A stretch of 64,000 nt of DNA from positions 19,367 to 83,366 of the forward strand of contig JAFTMJ010000002.1 in assembly GCA_017452475.1 (NCBI GenBank), given 5' to 3'. Shown here in pieces: positions 21,046 to 30,060 of this stretch. How positions within the stretch are numbered: position 1 is the stretch's first letter; every line of letters begins with the position of its first letter. A program made the position numbers and the translations under genes. The notes below the pieces were generated by a model, which was not told the origin of the DNA, did not search any database, and saw nothing but the letters and a program-made list of their open reading frames with translations. The stretch is from Clostridia bacterium. Lineage in GTDB: Bacteria > Bacillota > Clostridia > Oscillospirales > CAG-272.

Positions 21046-22134
21046 ATGAAGGATTTTGATAAAGATGAATTAGAAGACAAGGGCGAAGCAAAGCAAAAAA
21101 AGAAAAAGTTTAATTTATTCGACTGGTATTACCGCCAGGGTAAGGCTTCCGACAAGGAAGATGTAAACTATCTTAAGCAACCGACCATTGCAAACTTTTT
21201 CAAATTGCTTTGGAAGCGCTTAGGTAAGCTAATCAGTGCAAACTTAATTATGACATTCGGCAATTTCCCAATCATCTTTGTTCTAATTGCTATGTCAAAT
21301 GTTTTCAGTGAAATCTCTGTTTCACCGTTATACCAGGCTTGGGGTCCGATTTACGGTGCCGCCACCTTTGGCACAACTCCAACCACATCAGCCCTGCTCG
21401 GCGCCTTCGGTGCCCATGCGGAGGTGAGCGTTATTAACACCCCAACAATAGTTTTCTATTGCCTGGGTGCGCTAATCATATTTACCTGGGGATTTACAAA
21501 GGTTGCAACAACTTATTTATACAGAAATATGATGAGTGGTGATGCTGTTTTCCCATTCTCCGACTCATTATATGTAATCAAGCGTAATGTAAGGCAGTCC
21601 TTGATTTTTGGAATCATTGATGCGCTAATCATCGTAATGTTCGCGTATAATATTTACTTCCTGTTTATTAACTACAATGCTAACGATTTAAATAGCTTTA
21701 TGCTATTTTTGACTATTGCAATGGTTATTTTCTATTCCTTTGCAAGGCACTATGCTTACATTATGATATTCACCTTCGATTTAAAGCTTACAAAGATAAT
21801 CAAAAATGCACTTTTCTTCACAATTCTCGGTATAAAGAGGAACTTGGTTGCCCTTGTTGGTACATTCCTTGTAATCGCACTGAACTACTTTATTTTTATG
21901 GTATTTATGCCGCTTGGAATTTTATTCCCATTCGTTATAACCTTGGCAATTTGTGATTTAATGGCTGTCTATGCAGCATATCCGAACATTATTAAATATA
22001 TGATGGATGAACGGGATGCTCAGGCAATAATCGAAAAGAAGCCGCTTGATGATTATGACGATTTAAACGAGGATGACGACGAGGAACCTAATGCAGAAGA
22101 GGATGAAATAGCTACTTCAACAACCGAGCAATAA
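21046..22134 (+). CDS. DUF624 (YesL-like) integral membrane protein with an acidic C-terminal tail
   Basis: 362 aa. The FFKLLWKRLGKLISANLIMTFGNFPIIFVLIA segment is typical of DUF624. It has multiple TM helices and a terminal D/E-rich tail. Confidence 0.65.
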   Translation: MKDFDKDELEDKGEAKQKKKKFNLFDWYYRQGKASDKEDVNYLKQPTIANFFKLLWKRLGKLISANLIMTFGNFPIIFVLIAMSNVFSEISVSPLYQAWGPIYGAATFGTTPTTSALLGAFGAHAEVSVINTPTIVFYCLGALIIFTWGFTKVATTYLYRNMMSGDAVFPFSDSLYVIKRNVRQSLIFGIIDALIIVMFAYNIYFLFINYNANDLNSFMLFLTIAMVIFYSFARHYAYIMIFTFDLKLTKIIKNALFFTILGIKRNLVALVGTFLVIALNYFIFMVFMPLGILFPFVITLAICDLMAVYAAYPNIIKYMMDERDAQAIIEKKPLDDYDDLNEDDDEEPNAEEDEIATSTTEQ

Positions 22135-22137
22135 GCG

Positions 22138-22168
22138 ATAAGGACCGCAAAAAAGCGGTCCTTATTTT
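22138..22168. terminator. Bidirectional intrinsic terminator between convergent genes
   Basis: 11-bp stem ATAAGGACCGC/GCGGTCCTTAT with an A6 loop, followed by TTT. Confidence 0.75.
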
Positions 22169-22859
22169 ATACATTTTGCAAAAGCTCGCTAACTGTCACA
22201 AATTCATACCCCAAGGAAATTAACTTCGGTATTATCAAATTCAATGCTTCAACGGTATTGTTTTCACCGCTTATATAGTCGTGAAACAAGACAATGTCAC
22301 CGCCCCTTACATTATTAACAACCTTAGCGAAAATATCACTTGAGGATGTATGTGCCCAATCCTTTGTGTCAATGTTCCATAGCACTATTTTGTAATCGTT
22401 TTCAATGGCAATTTCAACCAAGGTGTTGTCATACAGTCCGCAGGGAGGCCTTATCAGTGATGTGGAAAATGAACCACTTTTTGCAATCTCCCTTTCCGTG
22501 TCCATAATCTCTTTGTAAATTTCATCCTTACTTTTTGATTTTAACGGCTTGTGCGAATAAGTGTGATTGCCGATTTCATGTCCCTTGTCAATTACCATTT
22601 TCAGTGCTTCAGGGTAATTTTTTGCGTTAACACCTATTAAGAAAAATGTTGCTTTAATCCCGTATTTATCCAATATATCAAGGATTTTAGGCGTATTTCT
22701 CGGATGCGGTCCGTCATCAAAGGTTAGCGCTATTCTCTTTCCTTCTTGCAGGTTGGAGCTGTACACCGGCGTATTGCCAACTGCAAAAGCACGTATCGGC
22801 AAGTGAAATATTATTAGAAGCAGTAGAATTGCCGAAAGAGCTCTTTTTACTGACTGCAT
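22167..22859 (-). CDS. Polysaccharide deacetylase (CE4 family), secreted
   Basis: 230 aa with an N-terminal signal-like segment, LTFDDGPHPRNTPKILDIL, ATFFLIG and GNHTYSH. Confidence 0.85.
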   Translation of the reverse strand: MQSVKRALSAILLLLIIFHLPIRAFAVGNTPVYSSNLQEGKRIALTFDDGPHPRNTPKILDILDKYGIKATFFLIGVNAKNYPEALKMVIDKGHEIGNHTYSHKPLKSKSKDEIYKEIMDTEREIAKSGSFSTSLIRPPCGLYDNTLVEIAIENDYKIVLWNIDTKDWAHTSSSDIFAKVVNNVRGGDIVLFHDYISGENNTVEALNLIIPKLISLGYEFVTVSELLQNV

Positions 22860-23665
22860 AGCTCCTCAACAGTTGCAAAGCGGTATCCCTGTTCTTTTAA
22901 AGTTGCAATTAATTCCTTCAAAATAGTCGCGTTAGTTAAAGAGGTAGGGTGCAACAGCATCACCTCTCCATTGTGAAGGTTATCCATAATTTTTTTCATC
23001 GCAGCTTCACAGGAGGGTTGCTTATTATTGTCCCAATCCGCATACGCAAATGACCACATTACTGTTTTATAGCCAAGCTCCCTTGCCCAAGATAGATTTT
23101 GCTCGCTTGTCCTGCCCTCGGGCGGTCGGTAAAATTTCGGCATTTCAACACCGTAGGTGCTTTTGTATAAGGCTTCCAAGCTCTGAAGCTCGCGGGCAAA
23201 TTCCTCTTTTGTTTTCATCTTAGTCATATCCTTATGCTTTAAGGTATGGTTAGCCACAATGTGCCCGTCATCAATCATTTCCTTAACAAGCTCACCGTTT
23301 TTCAAAATCATATTATCTAAAATGAAAAAGGTAGCCTTTACATTTTCCTCTTTTAGTGTCTTTACAATTTTCTCTACATTTCCGTTATCGTAGCCTGCAT
23401 CAAAGGTTAAATATATCACCTTATCTGCATCATCGATATTTTGATGTCTTTTGTCGCACCAAAAAAGATCATATTTTTCCGTATGCGCAAGATCGCTACC
23501 TAAGGATGGCTGCCTATGCTCCTTATTTCTTATGCAATACCACGAAACAGGCTCAGATGCTGCAATTACATTAATGCTAAAAATCAAAAACACAAATAAT
23601 ATAGTTATGGTTTTCAATAGATGTTTCATATTTTCACCTCGCTTTTGCAAAAATATTATTTGCAA
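22847..23665 (-). CDS. pdaA: Delta-lactam-biosynthetic de-N-acetylase (PdaA-like CE4); probable start at 23629
   Basis: SWYCIRNKEHRQP, YLTFDAGYDNG, ATFFI, ANHTLKHKDM and LLHPTS closely parallel B. subtilis PdaA. GAGGTG precedes the ATG at 23629 (MKHLLKTITILFVF signal peptide). Confidence 0.8.
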   Translation of the reverse strand: MQIIFLQKRGENMKHLLKTITILFVFLIFSINVIAASEPVSWYCIRNKEHRQPSLGSDLAHTEKYDLFWCDKRHQNIDDADKVIYLTFDAGYDNGNVEKIVKTLKEENVKATFFILDNMILKNGELVKEMIDDGHIVANHTLKHKDMTKMKTKEEFARELQSLEALYKSTYGVEMPKFYRPPEGRTSEQNLSWARELGYKTVMWSFAYADWDNNKQPSCEAAMKKIMDNLHNGEVMLLHPTSLTNATILKELIATLKEQGYRFATVEELCSQ

Positions 23666-23757
23666 GGGTCAAGAAAATATTTTAATAAAAAAATAGTACA
23701 ACTGTATTTTTTGCCCTTTTTGCGAAAATAATAAAAGAAAAAGCAGGAGGATAGTAA

Positions 23758-23928
23758 ATGAAAAACAGTAACAAATCATTTGGCAGCGCATTAAAAGGTA
23801 TGGCTTTGGGCTTGACTGTTGGTACAATTGCAACTATGATTTTTTCAAGCAACAAAGCATCAAAAAAGCTAAAAAGAACAGCAGAAAACACTGCGGAAAA
23901 CATTACCTCAATGTTCAAAATGAACTAA
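23758..23928 (+). CDS. Small 56-aa membrane-associated protein (YtxH-like look), missed by the ORF track
   Basis: Sequence MKNSNKSFGSALKGMALGLTVGTIATMIFSSNKASKKLKRTAENTAENITSMFKMN. A strong SD AGCAGGAGG lies 7 nt upstream, and a terminator follows immediately. Confidence 0.6.
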   Translation: MKNSNKSFGSALKGMALGLTVGTIATMIFSSNKASKKLKRTAENTAENITSMFKMN

Positions 23929-23930
23929 AA

Positions 23931-23964
23931 AAGAAAAGCGAGAAGAACTCGCTTTTCTTTTTTA
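23931..23964. terminator. Bidirectional intrinsic terminator
   Basis: 12-bp stem AAGAAAAGCGAG/CTCGCTTTTCTT with a 5-nt loop and T-runs on both strands. Confidence 0.75.
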
Positions 23965-26754
23965 TTCGTAATCGTCAGGAATTTCTGCCTTTGAATATCT
24001 TGTCCAGCCAATTGCCGGTCTAAAGCCCCAGATACAGTCTCTTGCAGATGAATTTCCTGCCTCCCAAACAACTGTCTTGTCCCACGCCTGGTGGTCAGCA
24101 ACAGTGCTGTTTGGGTCATAAAGTGTAACCTTTATTCCGTTACAGCTATCAAAGGCATTTGCGCCAATTCGCTTAACAGATGTTGGCACCTGGAATGTAA
24201 CATAAGAGTTACTCATGTTAGCGTACGAGGTCTTCGTAAATCTTTCACCAAACTCCTTAAACGCGTTGCTCTCTATTGCAACAACCTCAACACCGCCGTG
24301 TGTTGCAGGAATTTTAATGCCCGCTATGATAGAATCGTTAATTGCTCTGTCAATACCGACAACAACCATCTTACCGTCAATCATTTTGTAAAGCAAGCCG
24401 TTTGAATCCTTCTCTGTTGTCCAAATTGCAGTATATTCACGGTCTCCTGTGCTGCCTTTAGTTACAGCCATAGAAGCGCTTGTGCTTCCTCCCGACCAGG
24501 ACCAACCAACAAAGTAAGCGCCCGACTTAGTTGGGATAGGAAGCTTAAAGGTTTCTGTATCAATTGTATACTTTGTTACCAAGGTAACAGAATCAGCAAA
24601 CTTGCCACCGTCTAAATTATACTTAATCTCATATTCTTCAATGGTCCACTTAGCAACAAGATCAATTACAAGGTCATCTAAGTTTGTCCAGCAGAAATTA
24701 ATGCTAACCAAGGTGTCGCCGTCGTACCAACCATCAAACTTATAACCCGGTCTTACAGGGGTTGGAAGTATGTAATTGTCGCCTAAGTTAACAGTATCAT
24801 TTTCCTTGGAAACACTGCCGCCATTAGCATCGTAATTAATTGTTGCCTCAATAGGAACCCAAAGGGCATAAACAGTAACTCCCTCGTACATTGTTGGGTC
24901 GATAGAGGTAATCGGCTGAGTAAATTCAGCATCCAAGAACCAGCCGCCAAATGTTGAATAATCCTTTGTTGGGTCTAACAGCATTAGCTCGTTAGGATCG
25001 GTAACAACGGTATATCTGTCCTTATTGCCAAGATTGTTAGTACCGCCGTTTAGCTCATAGTTAATCTTAAATTCCTTTGGCTCCCACTTTGCAACAAGCT
25101 CTACATTCTGTTCATATGACCAAGTGCCTGTTAAGCTTATTGGAGTTGTACCGTAGTACCAAGAAATAAATACGTACTTATCAAGAGCAGGCTTAGGAAG
25201 TGTATATGCATCTCCAAACTTAATGTCAACACTGCTCTGCTCACATGAGCCGCCCTTTGAATTAAGCGTAACGGTTGAAATGTATGCCCACTTAGCATAC
25301 AAGGTAACCTCTGTGCCAACCATACTCGGTGTCAACGCATAAATCCTATTTTCTTCTGCAAAATTAGCATTTGTGTACCAACCAACGAAAACGTGCTTTT
25401 CGTCATATGTCGGGTCAAGCAAGGTAATTTCCCCATCTTCTACATTGAAGGATAATGGGTTGTTTGCGTTATTCGCACCGCCGTTAAGCTTGTATTCAAT
25501 TTCATTTTCTCTTGGTGTCCACTGAGCAACAAGCTCAACATCAATATCAAGTGCCCAAACACCGTCGCTAAGCTTGGTACCGTTATAGAACCAACCGTCA
25601 AAAATATAATTTTCTGCCTCCAGTGTCGGTAATACAAATTGTTCACCGTATACAAAGGTAGCAGTTGTAGAGCCCATCACGCCCTTATCGGTGGTATAGG
25701 TTACCTTAGAGGAAATCTTCCACTTTGGTGACAAAACAAGTGTATTATCGCTGCCTATAAAGTCTTTTACGGTATCAAGAGTAATCTTATCTACCAATGT
25801 GGTGAAGTTTTCATCGGTATACCATCCCAAGAACTCGTAGTTAGCCGAGCTGTGGGTTGGCGCTAAGATAGGCAAAACAAATTCTGACCCATCCTGTGTA
25901 ACAATAGTAAAGCTCAAAACATTACCGCTATTGTTTGTAACAAAATCCTTATCGATTGCATACTGAATATTATAAACAATCGGCTCAAAGTAAGGAACTA
26001 TTGTTATTTCCTTTTCATCATACTCAAACTTTGCATTTGGGTCAAACCTAACATCACCGTATTTCCAGTAAGCAAAGGTATGACCGAACTTGCTTGGCGT
26101 GGGAAGTCCACTTGGAATATCACCGTATGACAGATAAATCTTTGTAATCTCGCCGTTTATATCAACATTAATTGTCCTGTCCTCAGGTGTCCATGCTGCG
26201 TTAATAGTTACATCACCTGTAATCGCATTCTTAAAATCGTAATCCCAAGTAAGGCTATGACCGGGCTTAGAAGCGCTTGGGGCTGAGATGACCGTACCCT
26301 CCTCAACCTTAACAGATGTATTAGCCATACTTCCGCCATTTACATTATATGTTACGGTAAACATCTTTTTCCTGTAAATGTTGAATGAATATACGCTAAC
26401 ATTGTCATTATCGTCAGTAACCTTCAAATAAATCATGTTATTTCCGGGATTCAAAGCGATATTTCCGTTTGGAAGAACCTTTGTAAATTTGTGATCTCTT
26501 GAGAATTCAAAGGTTGCATCCTCATTGATTTTGATTTTAGACAAAATGTTATAAGCTGTTGTAGCATTCGGCACAGTTATCTTGTAAATTCCGTTTTCGA
26601 CCAGCAGTCCATTAGTTTCAATGCCTGTAAGGTCCTCATCGTCGCCTGAAAGAACTATGCAAAGTGTTATAACGGTTGCCAACACAACAGCAAGAGCTAT
26701 AAGCGAAATAATCAGCTTTTTATTGCTCTTCTTTTTCTTTCTTCTTGTAGCCAT
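23962..26754 (-). CDS. Large membrane-anchored surface protein with about 8 Listeria-Bacteroides (InlB B-type, Flg_new) repeats and a C-terminal BspA-type LRR region
   Basis: 930 aa. The N-terminus is KKKKSNKK plus a TM helix. Modules of about 70-80 aa recur, ending in A(Q/K)W(T/E)P...(I/Y)NY.LNGG and containing F.GW(Y/F). The C-terminus carries IPATHGGVEVVAIESNAFKEF and VPTSVKRIGANAFDSC. Confidence 0.8.
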   Translation of the reverse strand: MATRRKKKKSNKKLIISLIALAVVLATVITLCIVLSGDDEDLTGIETNGLLVENGIYKITVPNATTAYNILSKIKINEDATFEFSRDHKFTKVLPNGNIALNPGNNMIYLKVTDDNDNVSVYSFNIYRKKMFTVTYNVNGGSMANTSVKVEEGTVISAPSASKPGHSLTWDYDFKNAITGDVTINAAWTPEDRTINVDINGEITKIYLSYGDIPSGLPTPSKFGHTFAYWKYGDVRFDPNAKFEYDEKEITIVPYFEPIVYNIQYAIDKDFVTNNSGNVLSFTIVTQDGSEFVLPILAPTHSSANYEFLGWYTDENFTTLVDKITLDTVKDFIGSDNTLVLSPKWKISSKVTYTTDKGVMGSTTATFVYGEQFVLPTLEAENYIFDGWFYNGTKLSDGVWALDIDVELVAQWTPRENEIEYKLNGGANNANNPLSFNVEDGEITLLDPTYDEKHVFVGWYTNANFAEENRIYALTPSMVGTEVTLYAKWAYISTVTLNSKGGSCEQSSVDIKFGDAYTLPKPALDKYVFISWYYGTTPISLTGTWSYEQNVELVAKWEPKEFKINYELNGGTNNLGNKDRYTVVTDPNELMLLDPTKDYSTFGGWFLDAEFTQPITSIDPTMYEGVTVYALWVPIEATINYDANGGSVSKENDTVNLGDNYILPTPVRPGYKFDGWYDGDTLVSINFCWTNLDDLVIDLVAKWTIEEYEIKYNLDGGKFADSVTLVTKYTIDTETFKLPIPTKSGAYFVGWSWSGGSTSASMAVTKGSTGDREYTAIWTTEKDSNGLLYKMIDGKMVVVGIDRAINDSIIAGIKIPATHGGVEVVAIESNAFKEFGERFTKTSYANMSNSYVTFQVPTSVKRIGANAFDSCNGIKVTLYDPNSTVADHQAWDKTVVWEAGNSSARDCIWGFRPAIGWTRYSKAEIPDDYE

Positions 26755-26786
26755 AAAATACTCCTTAATTTTTGCATTCTTATGTT

Positions 26787-26815
26787 ATTTTATCATAAGT
26801 TATTGCCTTTGTCAA
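26787..26815 (-). promoter_or_regulatory. Sigma-A-type promoter of the surface-protein gene
   Basis: Minus strand has TTGACA (26815..26810), a 17-nt spacer, then TAAAAT (26792..26787). Confidence 0.6.
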
Positions 26816-26832
26816 GAAGTCTCACGTACACA

Positions 26833-27918
26833 TTATAGTAAATTATATAGTACGTTGTAAATTGTTCTATTAGCGTTAGACATTGAAAAGCGAGCAATAT
26901 TTTTTTCCAAATCAAGCTGTCTTTCAGGACTGTCAAGCAGCTCCTTTACCACATCTACTATTTCATATAGCTTGCTTTCCAAAATCATAATCGCACCGCC
27001 CGCCCTTTCGATCGCCTCAGCATTTTTTCTTTGGTGATCATTTGCAACATTTGGTGAAGGAACAAGTATTGAAGCCTTTTTCAATGATGCAAGCTCTGAC
27101 AAGGTCATAGCCCCCGCCCTTGATATTACAATGTCCGCAGCAGACATTAACATAGGTAAATTTGAAAAATAATCACTCATCCATACATTATTAAGCTTAT
27201 TTAAGCCTCGATCGGCTGACAACCCTAACGAAGCCTCCCATTCTCTTTTTCCTGTTGACCAAATAAAAAGCACTTCACTGTTACATCTTACCAAATTGTC
27301 AATTATTTCAATAGCCGATTGGTTTATTCTTTCAGCGCCTAAAGAGCCACCTGTACAAAGAATTACATATTTTTGCGTAATACCCAGCTCTTTCCTAGAT
27401 TGAGCCTTGTCATATGAATCGCATCCCCTTCTTAAAGGATTTCCTGTTCTAATTACCTTTTCCTTATTTTTAAAAAAATTTTTACTTTCTTCAAAATTCA
27501 CTAAAATTCTATCGGCGATTTTTTCTAATTTCATCACCGCCCTTCCCGGGACCACATTAGATTCATGCAATACAGTTTTTACCCCTAACCTGTGCCCTGC
27601 CACAACAACCGGATATGTTGCATACCCACCTGTGCCGAAAATTATATCGGGACGAAACTCCCGTATTATTTCCTTGCATCTCTCTATAGCCTTAAATTGC
27701 TTAAAGACGGATTTTATATTTTGGAACGAAAAAACGCCCTTAAAGCCGCTTACATCAATTGGATATTTTTTAAATTCAACCAAGCTATTCTCTATACCGT
27801 TTAGTGTGGTAACATAAGCAATTTTGCTGTTACTTGAATTTCTTAGTATTGTTTCTCCTATTGCAATTGCGGGATTTACGTGTCCCGCTGTTCCGCCGCC
27901 ACATAGCAACACCCTCAT
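26833..27918 (-). CDS. murG: Undecaprenyldiphospho-muramoylpentapeptide beta-N-acetylglucosaminyltransferase
   Basis: 361 aa with GGGTAGHVNPAIA at the N-terminus and a GT28 C-terminal domain. It sits in the dcw cluster. Confidence 0.9.
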   Translation of the reverse strand: MRVLLCGGGTAGHVNPAIAIGETILRNSSNSKIAYVTTLNGIENSLVEFKKYPIDVSGFKGVFSFQNIKSVFKQFKAIERCKEIIREFRPDIIFGTGGYATYPVVVAGHRLGVKTVLHESNVVPGRAVMKLEKIADRILVNFEESKNFFKNKEKVIRTGNPLRRGCDSYDKAQSRKELGITQKYVILCTGGSLGAERINQSAIEIIDNLVRCNSEVLFIWSTGKREWEASLGLSADRGLNKLNNVWMSDYFSNLPMLMSAADIVISRAGAMTLSELASLKKASILVPSPNVANDHQRKNAEAIERAGGAIMILESKLYEIVDVVKELLDSPERQLDLEKNIARFSMSNANRTIYNVLYNLL

Positions 27919-29057
27919 ACATTTTGCCTCGCATTTTTAGATATTGATAATAATATTCCCATTTCCGCAAGAAGAATTACTAAGGAGCTTCCTCCATAAG
28001 AGAAAAAAGGCAGTGAAATTCCTGTATTTGGAACCAAATCCGTCACAACCGCCATATTTAAAAAGGCTTGTATCCCAACTTGGCTTGTTATACCGAAAGC
28101 AACCATAGCAGGAAAACGTTCATCAGTCTTAAATGCAATTTTGTAACCCTTGTAAATAAGTAGCAAAAATAAAGCGATTAGAATTATGGCTCCTATGTAT
28201 CCTGTTTCCTCACACCATATGGTGAATATAAAGTCATTCTGAGGCTCGGACACATAGCTGTACTTTTGTATACTGTTGCCTATTCCACGCCCCCACAGCC
28301 CGCCCGAGCCAATGGCATAAAGTCCCTGTGTAGTTTGCCATTTATCACTTAGTATATCAGCGTTTGGGTTCATAAACGACTCTATTCTTTTCATTGCATA
28401 ATCGTTGGTTAAAAGGAATGCTACGCCTCCTGCTAAGCCTGTTGCACCGTAGCATAAAAGCATTTTTTTAATACTTGCGCCTGTTATAAAGATTATACTA
28501 AAGCCGATTAAAGCCAAAATTATCGTTCCCGACAAATGCTTTTCCAGCAAAACCAAGCCACAGGCAAGGAACAGAAAAGCACCGGGAATTATTATTTCAC
28601 CAACCATTCCCTCCTTTTTATTTCTGTCAGCCCACCAACTGAGCATTAAAATAATGCCGAGCTTCATAAGCTCTGATGGCTGAAAGCTTAAGGGCGTGCC
28701 GGGCACACCCAACCACCTTTTTGCCACCCCCTCAGAAAATCCGCCTATCAGTACAAGTACAAGCATTATAATGCAGAAAGTGTAAAATGCAGGCGCAATT
28801 TTCCTATACAGCCTATAATGTAATTTACACATAAACAGCATTACAAAAATGCCAATCGCTAAAAATATCGCTTGCCTTTTGATATAATAGCTACCATCTC
28901 CGTAGTGCGCCACCCCGTACGGATAGCTTGCGCTAAAAACCATTGCTGTTCCTAAGGAAAGTATAGTTAATACAATAAATAACAGCTTATAATCAATTCT
29001 TTCTTTTTTATCCTCTTTTTTATTTTTCCTTTCAGTGTTTTTCGGTACAATTTTCAT
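27915..29057 (-). CDS. ftsW: FtsW/RodA/SpoVE-family (SEDS) protein
   Basis: 380 aa and polytopic, with PSELMKL and GISLPFFSYGGSS motifs. It lies between mraY and murG. Confidence 0.85.
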   Translation of the reverse strand: MKIVPKNTERKNKKEDKKERIDYKLLFIVLTILSLGTAMVFSASYPYGVAHYGDGSYYIKRQAIFLAIGIFVMLFMCKLHYRLYRKIAPAFYTFCIIMLVLVLIGGFSEGVAKRWLGVPGTPLSFQPSELMKLGIILMLSWWADRNKKEGMVGEIIIPGAFLFLACGLVLLEKHLSGTIILALIGFSIIFITGASIKKMLLCYGATGLAGGVAFLLTNDYAMKRIESFMNPNADILSDKWQTTQGLYAIGSGGLWGRGIGNSIQKYSYVSEPQNDFIFTIWCEETGYIGAIILIALFLLLIYKGYKIAFKTDERFPAMVAFGITSQVGIQAFLNMAVVTDLVPNTGISLPFFSYGGSSLVILLAEMGILLSISKNARQNV

Positions 29058-29058
29058 A

Positions 29059-30060
29059 TCACAATATCATAAATACCGCTAAAACGCAGAACAAAAGATT
29101 AACAATTCCAAATACAGAAACCACCCTCATCTCCCCCCAGCCTTGTTTTTCAAGGTGATGGTGCAACGGCGCCATTTTAAATAATCGCTTACCCTTGGAA
29201 ATTTTAAAATATACAACCTGCAAAATAACGGTAAGAGCTTCCAAAACAAAAACAAAGCCGTAGATTAACACAACAAACGGGTTGTTAAATACAAAGGCTG
29301 TCCCTGCTATTATTCCGCCAAAAAATAATGACCCGGTGTCTCCCATAAATACCTTGGCAGGGTGTAAATTATATACCAAAAATCCCAAAGCTCCACCCAT
29401 AATCACCGCACCTAAAACTGTCAGTGATGTACTGTAAATAACCAAACTTCCCGAAAGTATAAAGAAAACACCGACGGTTAAAGTGCAGGTGGATGCAAGT
29501 CCATCCAAGCCATCGGTTAAATTCACCGCATTCACCACACCGCATAGCAACAAAAACGCTAAGGGATAATAAAATACGCCCAAATCAAATGTTAATTTCG
29601 TAAACGGAATTGAAATTGCCGTGGAAATACCCACCGTAAAATGTATACTTATCAAAAAACCTATTGCCAAAGCTCCTTGAAGAATAATTTTTCCCATAGG
29701 GGACAAGCCCTTATTTTCCGCTTTTTTCAGCTTTGCCAAGTCATCAATTATTCCAATCACTCCATTTAGCAGTGCATAGCAAATAATGTTAAATAATAAA
29801 GCAATTTCTCTGCTTTCAACATTATTGAACATAACTATCAAGCAAACAATAGATGACAGCAAAATAGCCGCAATAAAGCCTATGCCTCCCATTGTTGGCG
29901 TGCCTTCCTTATTCTTGTGCCATTTTGGACCGATTTCCAATATTTTTTGCCCTACACTGTTTTTCTTTAATACGGGTATTAACCACCTTGTAAAAGCAAA
30001 TGTTAAAATAAATGTTGATATAAACAGAATTAAAAATATTTCAAAATTCTTCATTCTCAA
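29059..30060 (-). CDS. mraY: Phospho-N-acetylmuramoyl-pentapeptide transferase
   Basis: 333 aa with GTPTMGG, NAVNLTDGLDGLA and PLHHHLE. Confidence 0.95.
   Translation of the reverse strand: MRMKNFEIFLILFISTFILTFAFTRWLIPVLKKNSVGQKILEIGPKWHKNKEGTPTMGGIGFIAAILLSSIVCLIVMFNNVESREIALLFNIICYALLNGVIGIIDDLAKLKKAENKGLSPMGKIILQGALAIGFLISIHFTVGISTAISIPFTKLTFDLGVFYYPLAFLLLCGVVNAVNLTDGLDGLASTCTLTVGVFFILSGSLVIYSTSLTVLGAVIMGGALGFLVYNLHPAKVFMGDTGSLFFGGIIAGTAFVFNNPFVVLIYGFVFVLEALTVILQVVYFKISKGKRLFKMAPLHHHLEKQGWGEMRVVSVFGIVNLLFCVLAVFMIL

Noticed and set aside
23682-23918. 78-aa minus-strand ORF
   Set aside because: It has no SD and a low-complexity hydrophobic translation. The opposite strand carries a better-supported 56-aa gene with an SD and a terminator.
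24400-26400. Possible tandem DNA repeat or CRISPR-like periodicity inside the large gene
   Set aside because: The periodicity is at the protein-domain level (modules of about 70-80 aa) with divergent DNA. There are no short identical repeats with unique spacers.
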